Of a DNA stretch of 39,534 nucleotides, positions 15,616 through 23,736 are shown piece by piece (within the stretch, counting starts at the first letter, position 1; every line of letters begins with the position of its first letter). Below the pieces are notes generated by a model. The model saw only the letters and a list, made by a program, of their open reading frames with translations, was not told where the DNA came from and did not search any database. Both the position numbers and the translations under genes were made by a program. This DNA is from an uncultured Deinococcales bacterium. Lineage in GTDB: Bacteria > Deinococcota > Deinococci > Deinococcales > JAAFIG01. The stretch spans positions 1 through 39,534 of the forward strand of contig CAXTKV010000017.1 in assembly GCA_964244895.1 (NCBI GenBank), given 5' to 3'.

Positions 15616-16839
15616 GTGAAGACAACCTCCCAAACCGTGATCCTGAGCGTCGCGGTCGCGCTGGGCTGGGTCGTGACCGCCCAGAACGCGCCGACCGCAC
15701 CGACCACGGTCAACAACGATGCCGCCCAGGACGCCGCGCGACCTTCGCTGGCGCTGGATCGAAACGGTCACGCGGTGATCGGCTTGATCGAGCGCACGGA
15801 CGGCGTGTACCGCGCCTTCGTCAAGAAATGGAACGCCGGAAAATGGACGACGCTGGGCGGTGCGCTCAACCTGAACCCGAGCTTCAACGCCTTCAACATC
15901 GCGGTCAAACTCGACGGGACGGACGCGCCCGTGGCGGTCTGGACGGAGCGCAGCAACACCAACGACGGCAAGGCGCAGGGCCCCGGCAAGGTCTACGCGG
16001 CGCGCTGGGATGGCAAGGCGTGGCGCACCTTCGGGGAATCCCCGACCAAGAAGCTCGCCTCGGCCTCGGACTTGCCGAAGCTCGCGCTGGACGCGAAAGG
16101 CTACCCGGTGATCGGCTGGAGCGAGCTCTCGCCGGATTTCAACGCCGACAGTTACTTCGTGGATCGCTGGGCGGGCGACGCCTGGCAGCCCGTGGACACG
16201 GGATCGTTGAGTTCCGATGTCAGCGGCTCCTCGAGATCGCGCGACCTGGCGGTCGCGTCAACTGGCCAACCGATCCTGGCCTGGAGCGTGCAACCTTACG
16301 TCGCGGGTCGGGGCGCGCTCGATTTCAACGTCTTCGTCGGCCCGTGGAACCAGGGCAGATGGGCGGCGCTCGGCGGGGTTTCGTTGAACGCCAACCCGAA
16401 CGCCTACGCCGGTTCGCCTTCTCTCGCGCTCGACGCGCAGGATCGGCCTGTGGTCGCGTTCAAGGAAGCCAGATCTGGCTTCGACGTGTTCGTCAAACGC
16501 TGGACGGGCAACGCCTGGCAGGCCGTGGGCGGCAGCGTCAACGACGAAACCGGACTGGCCGACGGCCCCGCGCTGGCGCTGGACGCTCAGGGCAACCCGA
16601 CGGTCGCGTGGCTCGAGAACGCCGGTGCGGTCGGCGTGTTCGTCAAACGCTGGGACGGCCAGAACTGGGTCGCGGTCGGTGGACGGCTCAACGCCGACCC
16701 GAAAGCCTACGCGCTGGAATGCGCGATGGCGCTCGATGGTCAGGGTCAACCCACCGTCGCCTGGAGCGAAGAAATCAGCAAGGACGTGCGACGCGTTTAC
16801 CTGCGGCGCTGGAACAAGAAAGCCTGGGTCGGGCTGTAG
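15616..16839 (+). CDS. Secreted repeat protein, probable 7-bladed beta-propeller
   Basis: Signal peptide; seven repeats of PxLALDxxGxPxVAW-like units with RWxGxxWxxxGG; GTG 7 nt after CAGAAT. Confidence 0.8.
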   Translation: MKTTSQTVILSVAVALGWVVTAQNAPTAPTTVNNDAAQDAARPSLALDRNGHAVIGLIERTDGVYRAFVKKWNAGKWTTLGGALNLNPSFNAFNIAVKLDGTDAPVAVWTERSNTNDGKAQGPGKVYAARWDGKAWRTFGESPTKKLASASDLPKLALDAKGYPVIGWSELSPDFNADSYFVDRWAGDAWQPVDTGSLSSDVSGSSRSRDLAVASTGQPILAWSVQPYVAGRGALDFNVFVGPWNQGRWAALGGVSLNANPNAYAGSPSLALDAQDRPVVAFKEARSGFDVFVKRWTGNAWQAVGGSVNDETGLADGPALALDAQGNPTVAWLENAGAVGVFVKRWDGQNWVAVGGRLNADPKAYALECAMALDGQGQPTVAWSEEISKDVRRVYLRRWNKKAWVGL

Positions 16840-16862
16840 GTCGCCAGGGGTCAGGAGCCAGA

Positions 16863-16917
16863 GGGAACACCGTCCGGGACGTATCATTTAATTTGCGTCC
16901 CAGACGGTGTTCTCGAG
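16863..16917. repeat. Family A repeat (two-arm)
   Basis: GAACACCGTCCGGGACG...CGTCCCAGACGGTGTTCTCGAG. Confidence 0.85.
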
Positions 16918-16929
16918 AAGGCACATCGA

Positions 16930-17075
16930 TAGACCTCGTGCGAACGTCAGTCCTAAGACCGTCTTCACGCGAGGGCAACCATAAAGGTTGCCCCTACAGG
17001 ACAGGGTGGCGTAGGGGTAGGGCTCGTCCCTACCCTTCCGTCGGGACGTGTTCGATCACGTTCGCACGAGGTCTA
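16930..17075. mobile_element. MITE-like element, 146 bp, perfect 18-bp terminal inverted repeats ending in TA
   Basis: TAGACCTCGTGCGAACGT (16930-16947) and ACGTTCGCACGAGGTCTA (17058-17075); no coding capacity. Confidence 0.7.
16971..17036. repeat. Head-to-head pair of GTAG-type REP sequences
   Basis: GAGGGCAACCATAAAGGTTGCCCCTAC and GTAGGGGTAGGGCTCGTCCCTACCCT. Confidence 0.8.
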
Positions 17076-17196
17076 ATTGAATTCGGGCGTGTGCGTCTCG
17101 AAGGCGGGGCAACCGCGAGGGTTGTTCCGATAAGAAGCGTCTGGCAGGGCGTCGTGACCAACGCTCGAGACTATCTGAGCTCTGACTCCTGACCGC

Positions 17197-18435
17197 CTAC
17201 CGATACGCCAGCTTCAGCACGCTCTCGTCGCCGCGAAGCACGATCACGTGGACGCCAGCGTCCTTCAGCACGCCAGCCCGAGATTCCAGATCGCGGATGG
17301 CGTCGGGGGCGCTGACGAACAACGGTCGGGGGCTTTCGTTGGGCTCGAGGTAGAAGCCTTCGGGCAGGGCGATCACCAGCACGCGGGCGGCGCGGGATCG
17401 GGCGCGGATGGCACCCTCGATCAGACCTTCGGGCGCGCGCATGGTGATCACGACCAGGTTCGATCCGGGCGCTGGGATCGGCACGCGCTCCGGTGCGCCG
17501 GGCTCGAGCTTGACCAGCGCCAGGTACGCCAGCGCTCGCTCCAAGGCGTTAAAGCCGCCACCGTACTCGCTTTCACCGCTCAGGCTCGAGACGCCCAGCC
17601 GCAGGTTGGACTCGAAAGCGCTTTTCAGCACGCTCGCGGCCAGCCGCGCGGCGCTCTCGAGATAGATTTCCGCCTGCCGCCCGGAAGCGTTCAAGTCCAG
17701 GTGAACCAGCACGCCCGTCGCGGCCACCCGCTCGAGTTCGCGCACGATCAGCTGGTTGTAACGCTCGCCGCCAGATTCCAGGGCTGTCGTGCCGAACCGC
17801 GCCGTCTGCCGCCAGTGAATCCGCCGCTGCGGATCGCCGGGCGCGTAATCGCGCACGCCCGCGAAGGTGCTGGGATCTTCCAGTCCCCACGCCCGCGATG
17901 GCGGCCCGTCCGTCAGCAGCGGCCTGGCCAGGTCGGGCAGCTCGAGCGGGTGCGCGCCCGGATAGACCAGCAGCTCGAAGCCGTGCTGATCGGGCAGCGC
18001 AACCCTGGCGTCCCTGACGAACAAGCCGAGCGGATCGGACCAGTTGACCTGCAAACCCGGCCAGTTCCAGCCGCCCCGCGCGTTCGGCGTGACGCGGTAG
18101 ACGAGTTCGTGCTGGCTCTGTCCCCAGAACAACCCGGTCAGCGCAGCGGGTCGATCCGGGATGACCGTGCGCGGCGGGGATTCCACGATCGTCAAGAGCG
18201 TCGGGAAAACCGCGCGAACCCGCACCGTGACGCGCACCTCGCACGGCGCACCGACGAAAGTTCTGGTGCTGGAAAGCGCCCGCTCGAGCGCGACCGATGG
18301 CGCGCGCCTGTAGGCCGCCCACAAGCCCAACGCGATCCCGGCGACCAGCACCTCCCACGGCCAGATGCCCGGACGCACCAGCCCGTAGCCAATCGCGATC
18401 AGGCCGATCAGCACGGGCAAAAATGGAATTCTCAC
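17197..18435 (-). CDS. DUF58 domain protein (MoxR-associated)
   Basis: FAGVRDYAPGDPQRRIHWRQTAR motif, N-terminal TM helices; start uncertain (GTG 18435, or GTG 18456 inside a repeat). Confidence 0.9.
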   Translation of the reverse strand: MRIPFLPVLIGLIAIGYGLVRPGIWPWEVLVAGIALGLWAAYRRAPSVALERALSSTRTFVGAPCEVRVTVRVRAVFPTLLTIVESPPRTVIPDRPAALTGLFWGQSQHELVYRVTPNARGGWNWPGLQVNWSDPLGLFVRDARVALPDQHGFELLVYPGAHPLELPDLARPLLTDGPPSRAWGLEDPSTFAGVRDYAPGDPQRRIHWRQTARFGTTALESGGERYNQLIVRELERVAATGVLVHLDLNASGRQAEIYLESAARLAASVLKSAFESNLRLGVSSLSGESEYGGGFNALERALAYLALVKLEPGAPERVPIPAPGSNLVVITMRAPEGLIEGAIRARSRAARVLVIALPEGFYLEPNESPRPLFVSAPDAIRDLESRAGVLKDAGVHVIVLRGDESVLKLAYR

Positions 18436-18439
18436 GCTG

Positions 18440-18489
18440 GGAATACCGTCCAGCACGATGTTTTTGATTCGCGTACCGGACGGTGTCCC
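18440..18489. repeat. Family A repeat (two-arm)
   Basis: GGAATACCGTCCAGCACG...CGTACCGGACGGTGTCCC. Confidence 0.8.
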
Positions 18490-18531
18490 TGCAATGCGGC
18501 CTGCACAAATCTTGACGCGAAACTGATTCTC

Positions 18532-18572
18532 GTAGGAGCGCTGCTCGCTGCGCCATCTCGCTGCGCCCCTAC
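18532..18572. repeat. GTAG-type REP-like element
   Basis: GTAGGAGCGCTGCTCGCTGCGCC...GCTGCGCCCCTAC. Confidence 0.6.
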
Positions 18573-18740
18573 AGTTGGCAGGGGTGTTTCGCGCGACGAC
18601 CTGTCAAAATACCGCTGTAACACCCACCCTTCAGCTCGAGCATTCGAGGTGGCGCTCTCGTTCTCACGTCTGAATGGGGGAGGGCTGGGTTCTCGCCGTT
18701 CGCCCGCGATGCCAGTCTCGAGAGAACCGTCCATCGGGGT

Positions 18741-19685
18741 TCAGACCCTCTCGACGGGCACGGGCTGGCTCGAGAGCAGACCGCGCACCAGGCTCTCGGG
18801 CGTGACACCGCGCAATCGGGCTTCGGCGCGCAGCATCAGACGGTGCCCGAGCACGGGCAGGGCGGCGCGTTTGACATCGTCCGGCGTGACGAAACGCCGA
18901 CCTGATAACCCGGCCAGCCCCTGCGACACGCCCTGCAAGGCCAGGCTGGCGCGGGGGCTGGCACCCAGGTAGGTTTCCGTCAGGCTGCGCGTGGCGTGAA
19001 CCAGCCCGACGATGTACGCGCGCAGTTCGGACTCGAGGTGAATCTCTCGCGTTTGACGGCGGGCCTCGAGGAGTTCGGACGCCCGCGACACCGCCAGCAA
19101 TCCTGTGATCGGGTGATCGCTCTGCAAGCGCTCCAGCACGGTCAGTTCCTCGGAAGCCGTCGGGTAACCGATGGAAAGGCGCACCAGGAAACGGTCGAGT
19201 TGCGCCTCGGGCAGCCGGTACGTGCCGTCCATCTCGACGGGATTCTGCGTGGCGATCACGATGAACGGTTCCGGCAGGGCGCGCGTCCGACCGTCGGCGG
19301 AGACCTGAGATTCGGCCATGGCTTCCAGAAGCGCGCTCTGGGTTTTGGGCGTGGCGCGGTTGATCTCGTCGGCCAAGAGCAGGTTGGTGAAGATCGGGCC
19401 GGGTGAAAACTCGAAACCGGAATCGGTCGCGCCGCCCCGGTAGACGCTGACGCCGGTCACGTCGGATGGCAGCAAGTCCGGCGTGAACTGCACGCGTTTG
19501 AAGCCCAATCCCAGGCTGGCGGCGATGGCTCGGGCGAGCATCGTCTTGCCCGTGCCGGGTACGTCTTCTAAGAGGACGTGTCCGCCCGCCAGGATCGCGG
19601 CCAGCGCCAGTTCCAGGGTGTCGTCCTTGCCGACGATCACGCGCGCCACGTTCTCGCGCACGCGGCGTCCGAAATCTTCAATCAT
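18741..19685 (-). CDS. MoxR family AAA+ ATPase
   Basis: EDVPGTGKT Walker A, RVQFTPDLLPSD, ADEINRATPKTQSALLEAM, LPEAQLDRF. Confidence 0.96.
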   Translation of the reverse strand: MIEDFGRRVRENVARVIVGKDDTLELALAAILAGGHVLLEDVPGTGKTMLARAIAASLGLGFKRVQFTPDLLPSDVTGVSVYRGGATDSGFEFSPGPIFTNLLLADEINRATPKTQSALLEAMAESQVSADGRTRALPEPFIVIATQNPVEMDGTYRLPEAQLDRFLVRLSIGYPTASEELTVLERLQSDHPITGLLAVSRASELLEARRQTREIHLESELRAYIVGLVHATRSLTETYLGASPRASLALQGVSQGLAGLSGRRFVTPDDVKRAALPVLGHRLMLRAEARLRGVTPESLVRGLLSSQPVPVERV

Positions 19686-21091
19686 GCGCGCCTTCCTGGT
19701 TCATCTCCAGAACCTTCATGCTCGAGAATACCGTGCAGGTCGCGCAACGCGGTCTCCGCCTCGAGCGCGCCGGACGCGTCCGCCAATTGCCCGTAGCGCA
19801 CGGGTTCGTACAGCCCGGTCAGCCGAGAAGACGGCCCGGACGCGTCCGGGTGGCGTTCCGCGACGCGCACCGCGAATTCGTGCGGTGTTTCGGACGCGAC
19901 CTTCGGAATTCCGGCCCGTGCGCAGAGCGCCAGAAACGCGCGGTACGCCTCGCGCACGCGGTCGGTGGCCTGGATGCGGCTTTGGGGCGCGTCGGCTGGG
20001 GCTTCCGGTTCGTCACCCTCGAGGCTTTGGGGTGCGCGCCGCGCCAGGTACAAGAAATACGCGCCCGCCGCGAGCGCCACGGCCAACATCGCGACCGTCG
20101 GCCAGATCGGGTCGTTGGGTGGTTTTCTTGCGTCCTGGACGGTGTTCTTTTGCTTGCCCGCGTCCTGGACGGTGTTCCCTGAAACCGACCCACCGCCCAA
20201 ACCCGAGCTGGGCGCACCCGAGCCATCCCCGCGCGACAGCAAACTCCAGGCCAGGATCGCCAGCACCAGCACGGTCATGCCGACGATCGGGATCAGATCG
20301 ACCCAACCGCCGCGCGCACCGCGAGCTTTCTCGAGCCGCATCCGCAGAATCGCCAGCCCGATCACTAGCACCATCACGACCAGCACGATTTGAAAGCTGA
20401 TGTTCACCAACTCGCTCTGGACGGATGGCCTCGGCGCATTTGGGGCGGGGCGGCTGAACGATTTGCCGGATGCACCAGGTTTCAGCGCGGCGTTTTCGGG
20501 CGTTCGCACCCGAGGATTCGGGCTCGAGGGCTGATCCAGATTCCAGCCCGACGGCCTTGCCAGTCCCAGCGTCAGCACCGCGACCGCGATGGCTACGAGC
20601 CCGAGCGCCGCAATTCCCTCCGGGCGGAGGTGCCCGAGTTGGCTGCGCGCCCGCCAGCGCCGGTTCTCGAGCGCCCCCAACGCGCCCAACCCCAACGCCC
20701 CCAACGCGCTCCATGGGCCGGGCCAGACGGCAAAAATGATTCCCGGCGCGATCCAGGCCCACGGCGTGCCGTCGCGCACGCCGTCCAGCGCCGCGCCGAT
20801 CAGGTACGCCAAGGCGAGCGCCGCGAAGAACGCAGCGAGCCGATGGAGCAGATCCCCGCCCGTCAAGAGCGCGGGCACGGCGGCGTAAACGCTCGACCAC
20901 GGCGCGTACGGTGCGCTTCCCGCGAATCGCCGCGCCAGGAACGGCGCGAGGGCCGCGAAGAGCGCCGCCCACGCGGGCAACCAGGTCATCCAGCCGAGCG
21001 CACACAGGCAGGCGAACGGCAAGGCCAGCATCGCCTCGCGCCACGGTTGCACCGATTCGAGCGGTTGGTGGTGCGCGGCGGTCGCGTTCAC
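19682..21091 (-). CDS. Membrane protein with C-terminal DUF4129-like domain
   Basis: Many TM helices; VREAYRAF...SETPHEFA...LYEPVRYG; GTG 21091 overlaps the upstream stop and the stop overlaps the moxR start. Confidence 0.8.
   Translation of the reverse strand: MNATAAHHQPLESVQPWREAMLALPFACLCALGWMTWLPAWAALFAALAPFLARRFAGSAPYAPWSSVYAAVPALLTGGDLLHRLAAFFAALALAYLIGAALDGVRDGTPWAWIAPGIIFAVWPGPWSALGALGLGALGALENRRWRARSQLGHLRPEGIAALGLVAIAVAVLTLGLARPSGWNLDQPSSPNPRVRTPENAALKPGASGKSFSRPAPNAPRPSVQSELVNISFQIVLVVMVLVIGLAILRMRLEKARGARGGWVDLIPIVGMTVLVLAILAWSLLSRGDGSGAPSSGLGGGSVSGNTVQDAGKQKNTVQDARKPPNDPIWPTVAMLAVALAAGAYFLYLARRAPQSLEGDEPEAPADAPQSRIQATDRVREAYRAFLALCARAGIPKVASETPHEFAVRVAERHPDASGPSSRLTGLYEPVRYGQLADASGALEAETALRDLHGILEHEGSGDEPGRRA
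20130..20177. repeat. Two family A arms inside the coding sequence
   Basis: GCGTCCTGGACGGTGTTC at 20130 and 20160 (30-bp period), read as NTVQDA twice. Confidence 0.8.
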
Positions 21092-22413
21092 GCCAGCCTC
21101 GCGGTTTCGGGGTCGTTCAGCGCGGTTTCGTCCGGTGCGCGCGCCACCTCGAGCCAGCGCTCCACGGCCTCCTCGACGGCTCGGGCTTCCAGGTCGCTCG
21201 GAGCGCCGCCGTAACGGACGCGCTCGTAGGCGTCGGTGATGGTGCGCGTGTCCTGGCGTTGGGCTTCGAGGTGAACGCTGACGCGCCGCGAGAACTCGAA
21301 CGGCGTCTCCCACGGGGCGCGCGGCAAATCCAGGTCGCGCAGGTGCGCCAGCCAGCGCGCGTAGGCGGCCCGAACGCGGTCGGCGGGAAGCTCAACGCTG
21401 CTCGGGCGCCGCGCGCGGAGCTCAATCGGTTCGGTCGCCCGCCAGCCCGCGCGCCCCAGAAGTCCGCGCAAAAAACTCCAGGCTCGCCACGCCAATCCCA
21501 CCAAGCCCAGCACGTACAGCACCCCAACAATTGACCCGAGCGGAATGGACAGCTTGAATGTGTTGAACCTCCCGACTGATCCTGGCAGCGCCCAGACCGC
21601 GAACGCGATCAGGAACGTGGCCAGCAGCGCCAACGGTAACGCCAGATCGAGCGCCAGCCTGCGCTTTTTGATCTTCCCGGCCCGCCACGCACCGAGGCTT
21701 CTTCTCGAGCCGCGTCCGAACCAGACCGCGCAGGCGGCAGCCAACGCCAACCACCACCAGGCGGGCAACCTGGGGAAAGCCAGCCGAACGCTGGAACCAT
21801 CCGACGAGAAAAAGGGTGCCGCCGTCCCAGTGGGGGCTGGAACCTCGAAGCGCGGTACGACGAAGGCCGCGTCCTGCACCTGAAACGCGCCCGGTTGCGG
21901 CAACGGCCACGCGATCAGCGCCGCCGCCACGACCCCCACCGCCACCGGTGACCAGCCCAGACCGGACGATCCCGCGGGCTGCAACGCGCCGCGCGCCGGG
22001 GCCAGCCCACCGCGCCACGTCCGGCTGGCCGAAGCCGCCAGGAACGCGATCCCCGGCACCGCCCAGGCGGTCGGTTGCCAGAGCGCCAGGATGATCGCGG
22101 GCCACCAGCCGAACCGCGATTCGTCCTCGCGCGATTGCAGCGCCGCCCAGGCCGCCCAGTAACCGATCATCAAGGCCAGTGCGCCCAGCCCGCGCTGCGT
22201 CAGCCCGCCCGGCGTGACCACCAACCCCAACGCGCCCGGCACGCCCACCAGCAGCATGCCGTAAGCCCTGGGTTTGAGTCTGAACCAGGCCAGCCCCGCG
22301 CCCGCGCTGACCGCCAGCCAGGCCAGCCACGGCGTGCCGACGGACGCGCTCGCGCCCCAACCGATGGCGGTCACGGCGCTCAGGGAGCAGATGGTCTGGA
22401 GCGCGGGAGACAC
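21088..22413 (-). CDS. Membrane protein with C-terminal DUF4129-like domain
   Basis: TM-rich; VRAAYARW...ETPFEFS...AYERVRYG; TAGAAT upstream of the start. Confidence 0.8.
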   Translation of the reverse strand: MSPALQTICSLSAVTAIGWGASASVGTPWLAWLAVSAGAGLAWFRLKPRAYGMLLVGVPGALGLVVTPGGLTQRGLGALALMIGYWAAWAALQSREDESRFGWWPAIILALWQPTAWAVPGIAFLAASASRTWRGGLAPARGALQPAGSSGLGWSPVAVGVVAAALIAWPLPQPGAFQVQDAAFVVPRFEVPAPTGTAAPFFSSDGSSVRLAFPRLPAWWWLALAAACAVWFGRGSRRSLGAWRAGKIKKRRLALDLALPLALLATFLIAFAVWALPGSVGRFNTFKLSIPLGSIVGVLYVLGLVGLAWRAWSFLRGLLGRAGWRATEPIELRARRPSSVELPADRVRAAYARWLAHLRDLDLPRAPWETPFEFSRRVSVHLEAQRQDTRTITDAYERVRYGGAPSDLEARAVEEAVERWLEVARAPDETALNDPETARLA

Positions 22414-22526
22414 GATGGCGCGATTCTAGCGGTGGGCGTCGGGAAAGATCGTGTCGGAGGTGTGACGCGCCGTCGGGGCTGGATGCTGGGCGCTCGCGTA
22501 TCGTTTTTTCGTGACGCCGTGAAATA

Positions 22527-22590
22527 GAGGACACCGTCCAGCGCGCAAATCTTCGAGTCTCAAAAAGCGCGTCCCAGATGGTGTTTCTCG
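22527..22590. repeat. Family A repeat (two-arm, degenerate)
   Basis: GACACCGTCCAGCGCGC...GCGTCCCAGATGGTGTTTCTCG. Confidence 0.75.
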
Positions 22591-22639
22591 TTCGAGGGTT
22601 CGAGATATAAGCGATCTGTCTCACTCGAGGTGCGCAAGA

Positions 22640-23512
22640 TCAGCACTCCGGCAAATCCAGCTTGCTGGCCGCGATCTGCTCCGGGGATCGGACGAAGAAC
22701 GGCACGCCCTCCAGGCGAAGCGCCGGGGTCGAACCGTCGGAACCGTCGTTGAAGCTCACCTTCAGGGTTCTGACGCTGGTGGGCGTGTACTCGAGAATCA
22801 GCAGCGCGCGCAACTTCGAGATCGGATAGACCCGCCAGCGTCCAGCCACGCGGGTTTTCGGATCGTTAGGAGTCAAAGCCTCGATCACGTTGAGGCGCGG
22901 GAAATCCTGCATGCCCTGAAAGAAAAACCGACCCTCATCGCAAAAACGCACCACGTCCGTACCGCGCATGTGGTCGCTAGCGAAGACCGTGGATGGCTTC
23001 AGGATGGCCTTCCAGACGCCCTCGAGCCCACCGACTTGTGGCGCGAAAAACGTGACGTTCTCGTTCAGCGCCCTCTGCATCGCCCGACCGATCCGCGCTT
23101 CGTTGCTGGGGTTGATGGCCTCGCTCGAGAGGAGCACGCCCTGAGCTTGCGGCCCCTGACGGTACGCGATGCGCCAGAAGGAGTTGTTCGACAACTGATA
23201 CCGCGCCATCAGGGTGTTGCCCTCGACGCTGATGCCACCTTTCAGACCCAGGCTCCTGTACTGACCCTGAACCGCGGCCTCGATGGACGCCTTGACCTGC
23301 GCGACGCTCACGCCCGGTTGCGGCCCCACCCTGAAATTGCCCTGCCCGAGCAGGTACTGGTTCAGATCGCCGAAGATCACGAAGTCGAAACGCAGGCTCA
23401 TTCCGAGCGCGTTCATCTTGACGGTTTCGTTGCGTTCGTAGCGCTTTTGGGGCTCGATGCTTTGCGCCAGCGCGACACCCAACGCGATCACCACAGCCAG
23501 AAATCGTTTCAC
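22640..23512 (-). CDS. Hypothetical secreted protein
   Basis: Signal peptide MKRFLAVVIALGVALA from GTG 23512, 6 nt after TACAGT; no recognised domain. Confidence 0.7.
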   Translation of the reverse strand: MKRFLAVVIALGVALAQSIEPQKRYERNETVKMNALGMSLRFDFVIFGDLNQYLLGQGNFRVGPQPGVSVAQVKASIEAAVQGQYRSLGLKGGISVEGNTLMARYQLSNNSFWRIAYRQGPQAQGVLLSSEAINPSNEARIGRAMQRALNENVTFFAPQVGGLEGVWKAILKPSTVFASDHMRGTDVVRFCDEGRFFFQGMQDFPRLNVIEALTPNDPKTRVAGRWRVYPISKLRALLILEYTPTSVRTLKVSFNDGSDGSTPALRLEGVPFFVRSPEQIAASKLDLPEC

Positions 23513-23607
23513 CCTGAGACTGTAACGCCGTGCGGGAACGGGCTGCGGTGATTTCCCACGCGCTGATTTCGTCCCGTTCAAAGCCCTTCACCTGAACCGA
23601 CGGACTG

Positions 23608-23663
23608 CTCGAGACACCGTCCAGCACGCATGATTTACTTTGCGTGCCGGACGGTGTTCTCGA
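23608..23663. repeat. Family A repeat (two-arm)
   Basis: CTCGAGACACCGTCCAGCACGCA...TGCGTGCCGGACGGTGTTCTCGA. Confidence 0.85.
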
Positions 23664-23736
23664 TCGCGCGTTCGTCGCGCAGGCTCGAGTCTGAGAGGTG
23701 AGTGGGCGATAGGATGAACGCGCCCAGGAGGTCAGG

